Positions 20,948 through 33,845 of a stretch of 64,000 nucleotides of DNA are shown here, piece by piece. Position numbers and translations under genes: made by a program. The DNA comes from Azolla caroliniana (Eukaryota; Plantae; Polypodiophyta). The stretch is taken from positions 16,430,001 through 16,494,000 of the forward strand of contig JBHGNT010000012.1 of NCBI GenBank assembly GCA_043228905.1, read 5' to 3'. The notes beneath the pieces were generated by a model, which saw only the letters and a program-made list of their open reading frames with translations, was not told the DNA's origin and did no database searches. Numbering within the stretch: the stretch's first letter is position 1; each line of letters opens with the position of its first letter.

Positions 20948-23900
20948 ATCTGACCAAACCATTTACGATCAAAACTGATGCCTCTGACTTCACCATCTGT
21001 GTCATTCTCTCTCAATCTGATAACAATGGGATCCTTCATCCTGTTGCCTTTTATTCTCGGAAGTTCACACCCCCTGAGATCAACTACCCAGTTTACGACA
21101 AAGAACTCTCCGCCATTATTGCCGCCTTTGAAGAATGGCATCCTTACTTGGCAAGCGCCCAACACCGTGTCCAGGTGGTGACCAATCACAAGAACCTTGT
21201 CTACTTCACCACTACTCGCATTTTGAACCGGAGGCAAGCACGATGGTTGACCTTCCTGGCTTATTACGACTTTGAAATTGTTTTTCGTCCTAGTGTCCAA
21301 CATGGTAAAGCTGATGCCCTATCTCGGCGTTCAGAATTCGAAATCCGGCCAGGAGATACGATCTACAATCAACAATCATGTTGTCTCCTACAATCACATC
21401 AGATGCAACTCTTTGCAGCTTATATGGGCGCGGATGAATCATTACTCAATGCAATAGCAATAGATACTGCCAATTGACAAATTTGCAAAAGAGATTAAGG
21501 AGAATCAAGTCAACAACTAAACCATAAGGGAGGTACGAAATATCCATGAACAATTTATGTTTCGGGATGGTTTTCTTTTCCGGAACAACTTAATGTATGT
21601 CCCAGATGGTCCTTGTCGTATCTGTATCGTGAAGGAGTGCCATGATGATGTCCTAGCTAGACATTTTGGTGTTGCAAAAACTTTGGAGTTAATCTCTAGA
21701 AGTTATTGGTGGCCACAACCTTGGAAACTTGTTAAAAAATTCGTGAAAACATGTGATACATGTGCCCGTGCCAAAGTAGTACATCATCGTCCCTACGGTC
21801 TACTTCAACCTCTGCCAATTCCAAATAGGCCATGGGCCTCCATCTCGATAGATTTTATCACTGACCTTCCCGACATTGAGGGATTCAATTCAGTATTGGT
21901 GGTGGTTGATAGGTTCACAAAGATGGCACATTTTATTCCATGTTCTAAAGCAATTTTAGGGATGGAAACAGTAGATCTACTGTTAACGAATAGTGTGCAC
22001 CTTCACAGTTTACTGGATGACATTATTTTTTATCACGGTCCCCAATTTATGTCTCATTTCTGGAAACGCCTCTTCTAGAATCTTGGAACTTCCACAAAAT
22101 TTTCGACAGCCTTCCATCCTGAGACAAACGGCTAAACGGAACGAGTAAATCAGATCCTCGAGCAATATCTCCGATGTATGATAAGTTATCAACAAGATGA
22201 TTGGATCAATTTTCTTCCAATGGCTGAGTTCGCCTACAACAATACTCTCCACACATCAACTAGCGTAACACCCTTCTTCGCAAATTATGGGTTCCACCCA
22301 TGCTTTAGGATAGCTATCCTTGCTAGTTCTGTGAATCCATCCGCTGAAGAACGAGCTCGTCTGATGAAAGAAGTGCATCATGACCTATCCTAGAACTCTC
22401 CATTGCTCAAGAATGACACAAAGAGAAGGTTGATCGACATCAACGGGTTGCACCTAGTTTTAAAGTTGCTGACATGGTCTGGCTATTACGGCGGCATATT
22501 CCAACAACTCGCCCATGCAACAAACTCGATTACAAAAACTTGGGTCTATTCTGCATCATTGACAAAGTCAAACCTGTGGCTTTCCGTCTTGCTCTTCCAT
22601 CACACTACCGAATTCACAATGTCTTCCATGCATCACTTCTTGAGCTCTATCATCCATCCTCAATTCCAGGAAGAAGCATCGAGCCACCCCCCCTTGTGAC
22701 TTTGGCGACTAGGGATGAGTATGAAGTCGAGACCATTCTAGACTCGCGCAAGAGCCGATGGAAGCTCCAGTATCTGGTCTTGTGGAAAGGATATCCCATC
22801 TCTGAGCCACATGGGAGCCCGCTATAAATTTACTCAATGCCCCGAAAGTGGTTCATGATTTTCATCTCTGATATCCTGACAAACCCGCACCTTCTTGAAG
22901 TTGGCGCTTAAGGGGAGGATAATGTCATGAACATCGACTTGAATTTTAGCCTTAGGTTCTTGTATATATATATTTCTCCTAGACAAACTTTAGATTTTAA
23001 ACCTTTGTATAAAGAGTGGTATATAAGACTCAGATTGAAGACTTGGCATGCAAGAATTAGTATGGTTGATATTATAGTATGTAAGACTTGGCATGAGCAT
23101 GCTTATCATGCTTCACTACATGTATAAAAAGGGTTGATCTCCCTTGTTAACATCAAGGAAATCAACACCAGTCATGGAATAGATATTCTTACTCATTGTC
23201 ATCCACTTCCCCATCTCTTTATCTTCCAATTGTTCATCCGTGACACTTGGTCCCTGTTGTTGCAATGACACAATGGTTGCTTCAAGTTGTTGCACACATA
23301 ATGCCAACTCTCTGTGTTGTTGTGTTTGCTACTTCTCTAGAGAGATTTGTTGAAGATCCCCCAACAACCGTTGATTTTCTTGTTCTGGCGCTACAAACTT
23401 CTCTTTCAAGCACTGCAGCTCCGAGAAGATAGATTGGTATTCTTGAGCGCTAACAGTTGCCATAGTATTGGAGGAAGGAAGGATAAGAAGATTTGTATGA
23501 AGGGAATGAGAGATATGAAAATGAGACCAATTCGGTTCAAACTACCAGGGATAGTACTAGAGGCAAGGAGAATTAGTACTAAAGATAGAGGAGAAGAATG
23601 AGGATTAGTACTAAGAAGGGAAAGAGTGTGTGAGAATCATGAGAGGGGAAGAGAGAGAGAGAGAGAGAGAGAATGATGACAACATGAAGTATATTATTAT
23701 ATGAAGAAAGATACTAGAATAACTAGGAGGCTTAAGACTGGCGTTGAACCGAATTGGTTCTTAATAATGCCATGTGCCTCTATTTATAGTACTATCAGGA
23801 GTACTCCTAAAGTTTCTAGAATGTTCCAGAGTAATCTGGAATATACATGAATTTCCTATAGTGAAATAATAAATGAAAATAATATATTTCGTATTACAAT

Positions 23901-23976
23901 GCATGGTTTAATGGTAAGGGCTCAACCCTTGTAACACAAGGTCATGGGTTCAAATCCTTTGGAGCCTATCATAACA

Positions 23977-25763
23977 CCGGTCAGGTGAAGCCTAAGGATG
24001 ACCATCCTGCTCAAGCTGCTACTATAGTCAAACATTCAACCTCAATTCTTTCAAAATATGGGGAGTTCTCTGATGTCTTTGAGAAACGGAATGCAGATTG
24101 ACTACTAGAGCATCGGTCATACGATTGTCCAATCGACATCCAGGACGGTACTTGTCCTCCCTTTGGTCCCATCTACAGGTTATCTGAGCCAGAGTTGGAT
24201 GCGCTCCGTGCATACATCAACGAAAACTTGGTGAAAGGGTTCATTCATCACTCAAAATCTCCGGCCGAGGCACCAATCCTGTTCGTCAAGAAAAAAGATG
24301 GCTCCTTGTGTCTATCTGTCAATTACCGAGGACTTAACAAGGTAACAATCCACAATCGCTACCCCACTACCTTTGATTCCAGAGCTTTTGGATCGCCTTT
24401 GGCTCAAATGAGTGTTCTCGAAAATTGATCTACAAGGAGCTTACAACCTAGTGCGTATCCGTCTGGGAGACGAATGAAAGACGGCGTTCCGAACCCGATA
24501 GGGGTTGTTCGAGTATCGTGCCATGCCATTTGGGCTAACCAATGCCCTTGCCGTATTCCAACACATGATGAATGATATCTTCTGCGAGTATCTCGACCAA
24601 TTCTTGGTGGTCTATCTAGATGACATCGTCATCTACTCCCCGGATCTCGATACCCATGAGCAACATGTCCTCCTAGTGTTGTCAAGACTTCGGGAACATG
24701 GTCTGTACGCCAAATATGAGAAATGCTCATTCAAGTAGTATTCTGTAGAATTTATGGACGACATCATCTCTCTCGATGGTATTTCCATTGATCAACGGAA
24801 AGTGGCCGCAATTCAAGAATGGCAACCTCCCACCCAGGTAAGAGACTTCAATCCTTCCTTGGCTTTGCAAATTTCTATCGTCAGTTTATTAAAGGGTTCT
24901 CCAAAATTGTGCAACCATTGGTTGCACTCACTTGCAAGGACCGACCCTTCTACTGGACATTGGCAAAACAATCTGCATTCATGGCGCTTAAATATGCCTT
25001 TATGACTGCCCCAATACTCCTTCACCCCGACCCCTTCCACATCTCCGAGTGTATCAATCTTGTGGCCTATCGGCTCGACCTTCCTCCCCACTATCGCATC
25101 CATGACGTTTTTTATGTATCTCTCTTGGAGGTTTACCATCCCTCTGTACGTCCCGGGTGGCAACCTGCACGACTACCGCCCATCGAGTTGGAGTCTGGCA
25201 ACGAGTATGAAGTTAAAGAAATCCTCGACTCCAAGCTTCTACGTCGAAAACTGTATTATTTGGTACGTTGGAAAGGATACTCGATATGTGAAGCTACTTG
25301 GGAACCTCACCACCATTTGACGAATGCCGTTGAGGCAGTTCGTGATGTCCATCTTCATCATCCACACAAGCCTGCGCCGCTTGGAAGTTGGTGCTAAACA
25401 GGGCGGATAATGTCACAGACATGACAACGGTCACGTCAAGATCGTCGAACTCATGACCTCTTGTGTTATAATCGAGTGTTATGGATTAACCAACATGTCC
25501 AATATATACAATCATATGCATAATTGTTCCTTGCAACTTTAAGCTAACATCATGAGCATAATTGCTCCATTGTCTTATTCACACTTGGCACATGCTCTAG
25601 TGTATCACACTTGGCACATGCATGCATGCCACTTAGTATAAATATTTGAGTTCACCTTGAATGAATTCAAGGTGAACAATGCCATGTAATGATACTTGCC
25701 CTTAGTTTGTCAATTGTGTCTTTGTAGCGCTTTTAGGCTTGTCGATCGCATCCCACTCTCACA
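23977..25763 (+). mobile_element. Element H: deleted chromovirus (RT, jump to integrase C-terminus and chromodomain, 3' LTR 25411-25763)
   Basis: YLDDIVIYS RT; [16 protein letters not shown]; [10 protein letters not shown]...YLVRWKGY...TWEP; PPT-like AAACAGGGCGGATAA then TGTCACA...TCTCACA. Confidence 0.85.
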
Positions 25764-27720
25764 TAGAGAAGGGACGTTGAAATTCCAGATGACATTGACC
25801 TATACTTAAAAGGTGATTTGGAAAATCTGCAAAAAATAGAATTGGCCATATCCACATTCTGTAAGGCTTTAGGTGCACTGGTTAATTGGAACAAGTCCTT
25901 TGCATTTTGGGTGGGGGATGTAAATCCTCCTTTATGGAATCCACATCTACAATTTCGGTGGATACCATCAGATTGCCCAGTTCGGTACTAGGATGTACTG
26001 TAGGTATTGATCTTTCAATAGAAAATCAAGTGGCTCCCCTCTTATTGTCACTGCGGAAAAAGTTGTTATTATAGAGTTCAACCAAGTTGTCTTTTGTTGG
26101 TCGGATTGTAGTTGCCAATCAGGTTTTATTGGTTTCAACATGGTATATGTTCTGTCACGTTGGATATTTTCCAAGTCATGTATTCTGAAAATACGTAGAT
26201 TGATTCGTAATTTTTTGTGGTCCGGTAAAACGAAAGGCAATGCTCGGTCTAAAGTGAAATGGGATGTTATTACCTTACCTCGTTCTAAAGGGGGACTAGG
26301 TATTATTGATCCAGTAGAGCAATCAAGAGCATTATTAAGTAAGTTGTTCATTAGAGGATTTATGTCGGGGCAAGAGATATGGAAAGTATTATTGCTTGAC
26401 CGTTGTTCAGATTGCTCTTCTTGCTTAGGTGCCCCTTGGTCTAAGGATGTAAATTGGATATTTCGGGAAAATTTCCGAGTACCTGTAGCTAACAGGTGGG
26501 AAGACAAATTTCTTGGGACATTATTTTCAGCATGGAAACAAGTATTACCTGGTTTGCTTCACAATAAACCCAAACCCAAACCCAAACATTATCTTGAGTA
26601 TCTTAGACAAAGGATAGTCTGGAATCCGTTGTTTACAACATCAAATGGTTTAGTGTTGGGTTCTAGACAATGGTTATCATGGGGAAAAATGACAGAAGGT
26701 CTTGCGAAAACAGTTCAAACGTGGCAAGGATTTTTATCGCATTCATGGGAAGAGCAAAAAGAAATCCTAGGTAATATGCATGGTGGCCAAATAATGTATC
26801 AACAAATTCAAGAAGCTATGAGTAGACTCCCCATACCACCCAATAACTTAAACCACGGATGGGTTGGGGTTTTTTCAAGGTTGGAAGTACTCTTGGCTAT
26901 TAAGGAGTATTCAAATGATAAGACCTACCGGTCTTTTGAGGTGGATGAAGCAAACTAGTTGACACTGTTGGGGGAAATGGTGACAGATTACCCTTATGCT
27001 ATGGAACACAAGATATGGTTCATAGGATGTGCCGACCATAAATGGTATATTGTTCCAATGATAGAGGAAATAAGGACACATTGGAAGTTGTGGTTGTTGG
27101 TTAAAAAACCAGTATTCAGATTAGATTGGGATCCAATTGATTATTAGTGGATTGATCCTTTTACGGGTAACAAGTTCAATTTCTTCCAATATTCTGTATA
27201 GTTAGGAAGACGTGTGCTTTCAGATACACCAGATGTGTTACCGGTTGCATTTCAATTTTGGAATCAACAAGGTATTACTCCCCAATTCCTTGCAAACTTC
27301 TAGGTTATACTATGGGCAAGAAAACAGTCACACCAATATATTGCATGTACATTGGTTACTTGTACACCGAGCCTTGCCGGTTGGCACATGGGTTGCATAG
27401 GATGGGAGTAGCTTTTGGATGTCGTTTACAAACGGAAACTTGAAAATATTGTTTATGGGAATGCATTTGAGTCTCAACTGAGATGGCAACTTCTCCTTAG
27501 AATTTTCGCTAACTATTTTCCCCCCATTGGTTTTGACTTTGGGGCATTGGTGGTTTGGACAGCATTTGTCCGTGATGCGTTCACATTGCGACATCGAATC
27601 TGTGGACCATGGATTTTTACACTAAATCTGGAAGTGTTCATACATTTACCAGTGTGCTGTCATTACAATTGCCAGGAATACGGAAGGAAGTCCAACGAGT
27701 ATGGGAGATATTGAGTAGTA
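25764..27720 (+). mobile_element. L1-clade LINE, 3' part of ORF2 (degenerate)
   Basis: QFRYLG-like RT end, LSFVGRIVVANQVLL, FLWSG...KVKWDVITLPRSKGGLGI, zf-RVT-like WLLVHRALPVG. Confidence 0.85.
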
Positions 27721-27734
27721 CCATTGTATACATA

Positions 27735-28115
27735 ATAAATGCATGCATACATATACCTGTTTGGTATACATATGTAATTTAAGTGATATACATAACATAC
27801 ATACATACATAAAATGCATGCATACATACAAATTTACAATACATAGATATGTATGCATAAATGCATGCATACATATGTACATATGTAATTTAAGTGATAT
27901 ACATAACATACACACATACACACATACACATACATAAAATGCATGCATACATACAAATTTACAATACATATAGATATGTATGCATAAATGCATGCATACA
28001 TATGTACATATGTAATTTAAGTGATATACATAACATACATACATACATACATAAAATGCATGCATACATACAAATTTACAATACATAGAATCATACACAT
28101 ACATACATACATACA
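27735..28115. repeat. AT-rich ~120-bp tandem repeat (3 copies) built from CATA/ATGC units
   Basis: Recurring TAATTTAAGTGATATACATAACATAC...AAATTTACAATACATA. Confidence 0.85.
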
Positions 28116-28274
28116 TAATGTAATGTAATTAAGTGAAAGAAAAAAAATAATCTACCGAATAAATAGAAATAAAAAATAAATAGTGGAAAAGGCTAATTTA
28201 GTAGTTTCTGGAAACTGTTAACTACCGCTTGCGTTTTTTTACTCCTCTCTCCCTCCTTCCCTCGCAGAAGAAAA

Positions 28275-28310
28275 CCCTAACCCTAACCCTAACCCTAACC
28301 CTAACCCTAA
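28275..28310. repeat. (CCCTAA)6 telomere-like / telo-box tract at the GID8-like gene 5' end
   Basis: AAAA followed by six perfect CCCTAA units. Confidence 0.9.
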
Positions 28311-28579
28311 TTCTAATCTCTTTCTCTCTGTACTCTCCTCTCCTCTCCTCTCCTCTTCCTTCTAACTCTGTTTCTTCAAATTGAGGACAGAGAATCTCAA
28401 AACCGAGCCTCTAATTTTTCTCTCAGCTTTTATACCATTTCCCTGCATCTTTTTAATTGCCCCTCGTCCCATACGTAGAAAGACTCTTCGTAGCAGAATT
28501 GGTAGCTTTGATGTCCTCTGCTTCCTGAGTTTATTTTCTCTGTCCGTTTTTTTTTTTCTTCTATTAGATTCTCAGAGCT

Positions 28580-31500
28580 ATGGAAGTGGAGTACCCCAAG
28601 GATTTCGAAAACACGGTATGGTTATATATTCCTCTCATTATTTCTCTCATCTGGAAGGAACGTGCTAATCTTGGTTCAACCGCAATTATTTTCTAGTAAT
28701 CTAAGCCAGGTTATCCCTAATATGTGTACGTTTACTGGTCTTCGATGCCAATCTGTGATTCGATAAATTTGTTTACGCTTGATGCCAATCTGGATACGTG
28801 ATGCCAATTTGTGCTGAATCGCTAGTTTTATAATGCCAGACTATGTATGCATTGCTGCTAATATGTATAAATCCGCTGATCTTCGGTTTTAATCTTTAAT
28901 GCCAATTTGTGCTGAATCGCTAGCTCGATGATGCCAGAGTATGTATGTAGTGCTGCTAATATGTATACATCCGTTGATCTTCGGTGTTAATCTTTGATGC
29001 CGGTCTGTGTTGAACTGCCAGGATTTTCTTCTATGTTAATTCTCTGCCAATCTGTATGATTTTTTTCCCTTTGATTTTAGTCTTGTAAGTTGCATAATGT
29101 TGATGCCATCCTCCATGGCATCACTTGATTTTTCTTCTCATCTGTGGTGTTGTGACATATGAGGATGGCATCACTTGATTTTTCTTCTCATCTGTGGTGT
29201 TGTGACATATGAGGATGGCATCACTTGATTTTTCTTCTCATCTGTGGTGTTGTGACATACTGCGATCGTCAAATGTTAATCTTTATAAATTTGTTGAGTT
29301 TTGTTGCTAGACTTTGTATGTTTTTATTGATGCTTATCTACATTGGACTGCTAGTCTTTGTTGAATTGTTGATCATTGATATTAATCTACGTACAAGTTT
29401 TGATCTTGAAATCAATCGCTGTTAAGCTGTGGATCTTTGATGCATATCTTCTTGCTAAGTTATGGACCTTTCATGCTAATCTGTGCGTTAAGCTGCTGTT
29501 CTTTGATGCTTATCTCTGTTAAGCTTGGGCCTTTGATGCTAATCTGATTATTAATTTCTGAACTTTGTTTTAGTCTGTGTGTCGAACTGTGGATCTTTTT
29601 TACTAATCTGTATAAACGTTTTAATCTTTGATGCTAATCTGTGTCAAGTTGTGGATCTTTTATAGAGTATTGGTATAAAGGTTTTGACATTTGATGCTAA
29701 TCTATGTCAAGTTGCTTTTTTGAATTCCTAATCTTTGATGCCAGTCTTATTGATAGCCTGTGTTAAGTCAATATTCTTTGATGCGAATCTGTATTAAAAT
29801 GGTAAACTTTGATGCGAATCTGTGTCAAAATGCCAAGGTTCAATCAAAATATGTGTTGAGGCAATATACGTTGCTGCATATCTTTATAATGCTAATATTT
29901 GGTGGTAATACATTTTAACTCGATATTCTTTGATGCAAATTCACGTTGGAATTTCTGGTCTTTCTTCTAATCTGCATCAAAATGCTAATACATGTTAGGC
30001 CAGATATTCGTTGGTGCAAATCCATGCTGGAATTTCCAAATTTGGTACTAATTTATACTGTATATCTGTGTTAAAATGCTTTAACTCTGATGCTGATAAT
30101 CTGTGTAAAATGCTAAATTCTTTGATGAAAATCAGAGTGTTCTTCAAGATGTGAATCTTTGGATACTAATATGTATATTAATCTGATAATCTCTGATGCA
30201 AATCTGTATTAAATTGCTAATCTTCTGTGCAATATCTGTGTTAAGCTGCAAACATCCCATGCTAATCTGCATTGAAAGGCTAAACTCTGATGTTGCTAAT
30301 CTGTCTTAAAAATTGCTTGCAGATATGTGTTTTTAAAAGTGCTTATTTTCTATACTAATACTTCAAATACGTTGCTAATCTCTGATGCTCCTCTGTGTTT
30401 TTAAGTGGCTAATTCCAAGAGAGATTTTACAGGTAATTAATGATGCTGATGTCCGCAAAATAGTGCTATCTTATCTTGTGCACAACTGCTTCAAAGAGAC
30501 TGCAGAGGCTTTTGTTTCTTCCACAGGAATGAAATGTAATCCAGATTCCTTGGCCAATCTTGATACGAGGAAAAGTGAGTATCTTTCGTTCCTTTTTGCT
30601 TTCTGTATTATTGCTCAGTTTTATCTTGGAACATCCAAAGAAGTTTTAAGCCGTTGCAAGCTTCTATATTGCTTTGTTTTAATGTGGGGAAACAATAAAG
30701 AACATAACCTCTTCTATGGAAGGTTATATTGTTCTAATATATGGAAAAAACATATGAAGGAGTTAAATGTCATTGGAAACCTAACAGTGGGAAAAAACGT
30801 AATGAGAAGCTTATATTCTTATTGCTTTGCATTAATATGTGAGAAGAAATGTAAAGAAGTCTTTGGAAGCTTATATACCGTGTGAATAGCTTAATCATCA
30901 TGTTAACCTTCTTTATTTTTCTTTGTTTTATTTGGGTTAGAAGAAAGAAGGTAGTCTTTGGAAGAGAATATAGTGCTAACCTTGTATATGATTGCTTTGT
31001 TTCACATGTGGAAAATTCAAGAATTTAGCCGTTCAAAGGTTATATCATGTGAATCTTATATATTATTGCTTTGTTTCTTGTGGGAAAAGAAGCGAGTCTT
31101 GGAAACTTCCATTGTTTAGCATTAGTATCTAATATAAAATTGTCCTATTCTAGCAATATACCGCCATGTCATGGAGGGAAATCCTTTGAAAGCGATGGAA
31201 CTTTCACTTCAGCTTGCTCCTGATTTATTCCAGGACAACAAAGACGTGCTCTTTGATCTTTTAACTTTACATTTTGTTGAGCTTGTTCGAGCAAAGAATT
31301 GGTAAGAATCAAAGATGTTCACCTTACCTCTGTTCTTTTTTATATGATATGGTCCCTCAGATCAGAATGATGACATAGAGTGTACATGAACAGCATAGAT
31401 GCGTTGGAATTTGCTCAAAGGGAGTTGACAGTCTATGGGAAAATAGATAAATTCATTGAAAAACTGCAGGTTAGTTTACTTCTGTTAATGTCAGAAAAAT

Positions 31501-33845
31501 TCCTTGTCTTAATGAATTGCCTATTTACTATAATTCCGGTATTTGATACTCTCATAAGGTAGTTCTAATGTTGATACTATATGTATTGTGATGCTTCCTT
31601 ATTGATGAGATGCGTTATCCAGTTCAGGTCATTAGTTATGAAGATGATCTTATCGATATAGATGCCGTGTATTACCAATTAAATCCATAAACTTTGTAGA
31701 ATTTTACTCAAATGTTTTAAAAGCTACTCATCTAATTGATTTAAATTACAAAGGAGCGTTCGTCCATATACTATCTTAATCTGATGCTTATAACTTAAAT
31801 CAGATGCCATGTATACATCATGATGCTTACATATGTATTTATGTGATGCTTCTTACAATGTTAGTCATTAGTTAAGAAGATGATATTGTAACTGCAGATA
31901 TTTATACATACTGACTACTGTTAGTACTATCTCTTTCATATTAGTTATCGCATTCATATTACATGTATAAATACATTTACACAGTTTTATGAATAGAATT
32001 CCGTCAATACATTGTGATGGTTACATATTGATGTGATGCTTCATACAATGTTAGTCATTAGTTAAGGAGATGATGTTGTGACTACTGATATTTATATATA
32101 CCGACCACTGCTACTACTATCTCCTTCATATCAGTTATCACTTTCATATTACATGTATAAATATGTGTTAAGTTTTATTAATAGACTTGTTTCAATCCAA
32201 GTGTTAGTAATGGCCAAGGTAGTTTTAGGTCTAAACATAGACAATCTCTCTTCATGCTTTCCCTCAGGTCAATATATATAATGGAGAAAGTGAAACACGT
32301 GGAATATTTTATTGCTAGTCCAGATAAAAAATATACTATATATATTTGTTTTGCTTTCCATTTCGTGTTGAGCAAGGAGGTCCCATTACAGAATGTAAAC
32401 GAATGCTATGGCTTGATAACCATAGACTTCAACTGCCTACACTGACACATTGAAACATGCTTTCAGAGACATATTGTCTGTGATATCTTTTTCTCGGGTT
32501 CTTCTAAGCAATGAATTTTACTTCATGCAAATATTCACTATAAATGAATCTGTCTTGCAATAAGTGGGTGATATTGTATTCCAATAGATATGCCATTACA
32601 ATATCTTCCATACCCTTTTTCTGGTACAACTTGGGTATGACTTAAGGGATTATGAATGTATTTATGTAAATGCTGTCTATGATGAATCTGCAACTAAAGC
32701 ATTATACATGCCATTTAAGTTTTATCTTCTTTGAGCTTATCAGATGTATATTGCATATTATCATTTTTTCTCCCCTGCTGTTGTTGTATCTTCTTTTGTG
32801 TTCATATATATATATATATAGATATATATATAGATATATATATATATGTAGCCCATTTAAACAAGACATGTATTTACTAATCTTCTCTCTGAAACGTAGT
32901 TCAGGATTACATGACGCTTCTTGCATATGAGGAACCAGAGAAGTCCCCAGTATTTGGACTTCTTAGCATGGATCATCGACAAGATGTTGCAGACAGTTTA
33001 AACCAAAGTATTCTAGGTTTGGAGTTTAGCTTGATTAAGATTTAGATAATAGGGAAAGACTCTGAAATACATGAGTTTTTTTCTTACTTCTTCAAAGGCC
33101 CCCCAAGTTTCTTATTATTCCTCAAAATGCTCTTTGTTTACTCCCAAAACAGAGTAAATTGGGGATGAGATGACCATGTAAGTGCTCAAACAGCACATAC
33201 ATAAAATGCTCTTGAACTAAGGCATTTAGGTGAGCAATGAAGACTCAGGGGTATTTGTGAAAATAAAGAAAAACTTGAGTATTTCGGAGTTTCCCACTGG
33301 ACAATATCTTAACTAACAAAATGACAATATCAACTAATTCCATATGCTTTTGTCAGCTTATCATAAACTGCCAAGTTATACTTCTTTGGAGAGGCTTTTA
33401 CAACAAGTGACCGTTGTGCAATGTTGTTTGAATCCAGATAGTGGAAAGGTAAATAAAAAGCTGGATGTGTAAGCACATTCTAGAATTGTAATTCTGGGTT
33501 TGGGTTTGAGTTTGCGGAAATTACTCATATATATGTTTATGTATGAGCAATTCGAATATTTGCTCATACATAAACATATATATGCGTGCTTGCTTATTTG
33601 CGACAAATTATGTTTCTATGCTTTGGTCAAAGTTGAGGTTCCAAATCTGTTTTGACATATTTTTGGTCAAAAGCTTTTTGTAGTCTTTGAAGAGCAATGA
33701 ATGCTACTTCGTGTTATTAGACCTTAAATGGGGTCAAAATGTTGAGTTACTAGTAATTAAAAGTTGCTAATTAGAAGAGGTTGATCACTCTTGGTATTTT
33801 GTTACACAGGATGGCTTACTCATCACAAGCTTTCTCAAAACCTAA
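28580..33845 (+). CDS. GID8: GID8/TWA1-like LisH-CTLH-CRA protein (CTLH E3 ligase subunit), 7 coding exons, 213 aa
   Basis: Exons 28580-28615, 30433-30574, 31154-31301, 31394-31469, 32905-33016, 33357-33448, 33810-33845, all GT-AG with consistent phases. Motifs INDADVRKIVLSYLVHNCFKETAEAF, LFDLLTLHFVELVR, LLAYEEPEKSP, LERLLQQV. Confidence 0.92.
29115..29259. repeat. 50-bp perfect tandem repeat (2.9 copies) in an intron
   Basis: ATGGCATCACTTGATTTTTCTTCTCATCTGTGGTGTTGTGACATATGAGG at 29115, 29165 and 29215. Confidence 0.95.

Larger units (their letters stand above)
16835..23245 (+). mobile_element. Element E: degenerate Tcn1-like chromovirus with both LTRs (protease region missing)
   Basis: LTRs at 16835-17167 and 22923-23245; TSD CTTGG (16830-16834, 23246-23250). 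Gag from about 17212, RT 19230-20200 (YLDD), RH/INT 20950-22700, chromodomain about 22715-22880; many stops. Confidence 0.92.
16546..23976 (-). mobile_element. Element F: 5' fragment of a chromovirus on the minus strand (5' LTR 23543-23976, gag from 23463), split by E and truncated at about 16546
   Basis: Gag MATVSAQEYQ...VQQLEATIVSLQQQGPS | TQGIHKEPKIGLPTKFDG...QMHPSQYPTDASRVGLVG is homologous to G gag and continuous across the CTTGG TSD of E. Confidence 0.85.

Noticed and set aside
27646-28116. Cys/Met/Tyr-rich 156-aa ORF
   Set aside because: Translation of a CATA-based tandem repeat.
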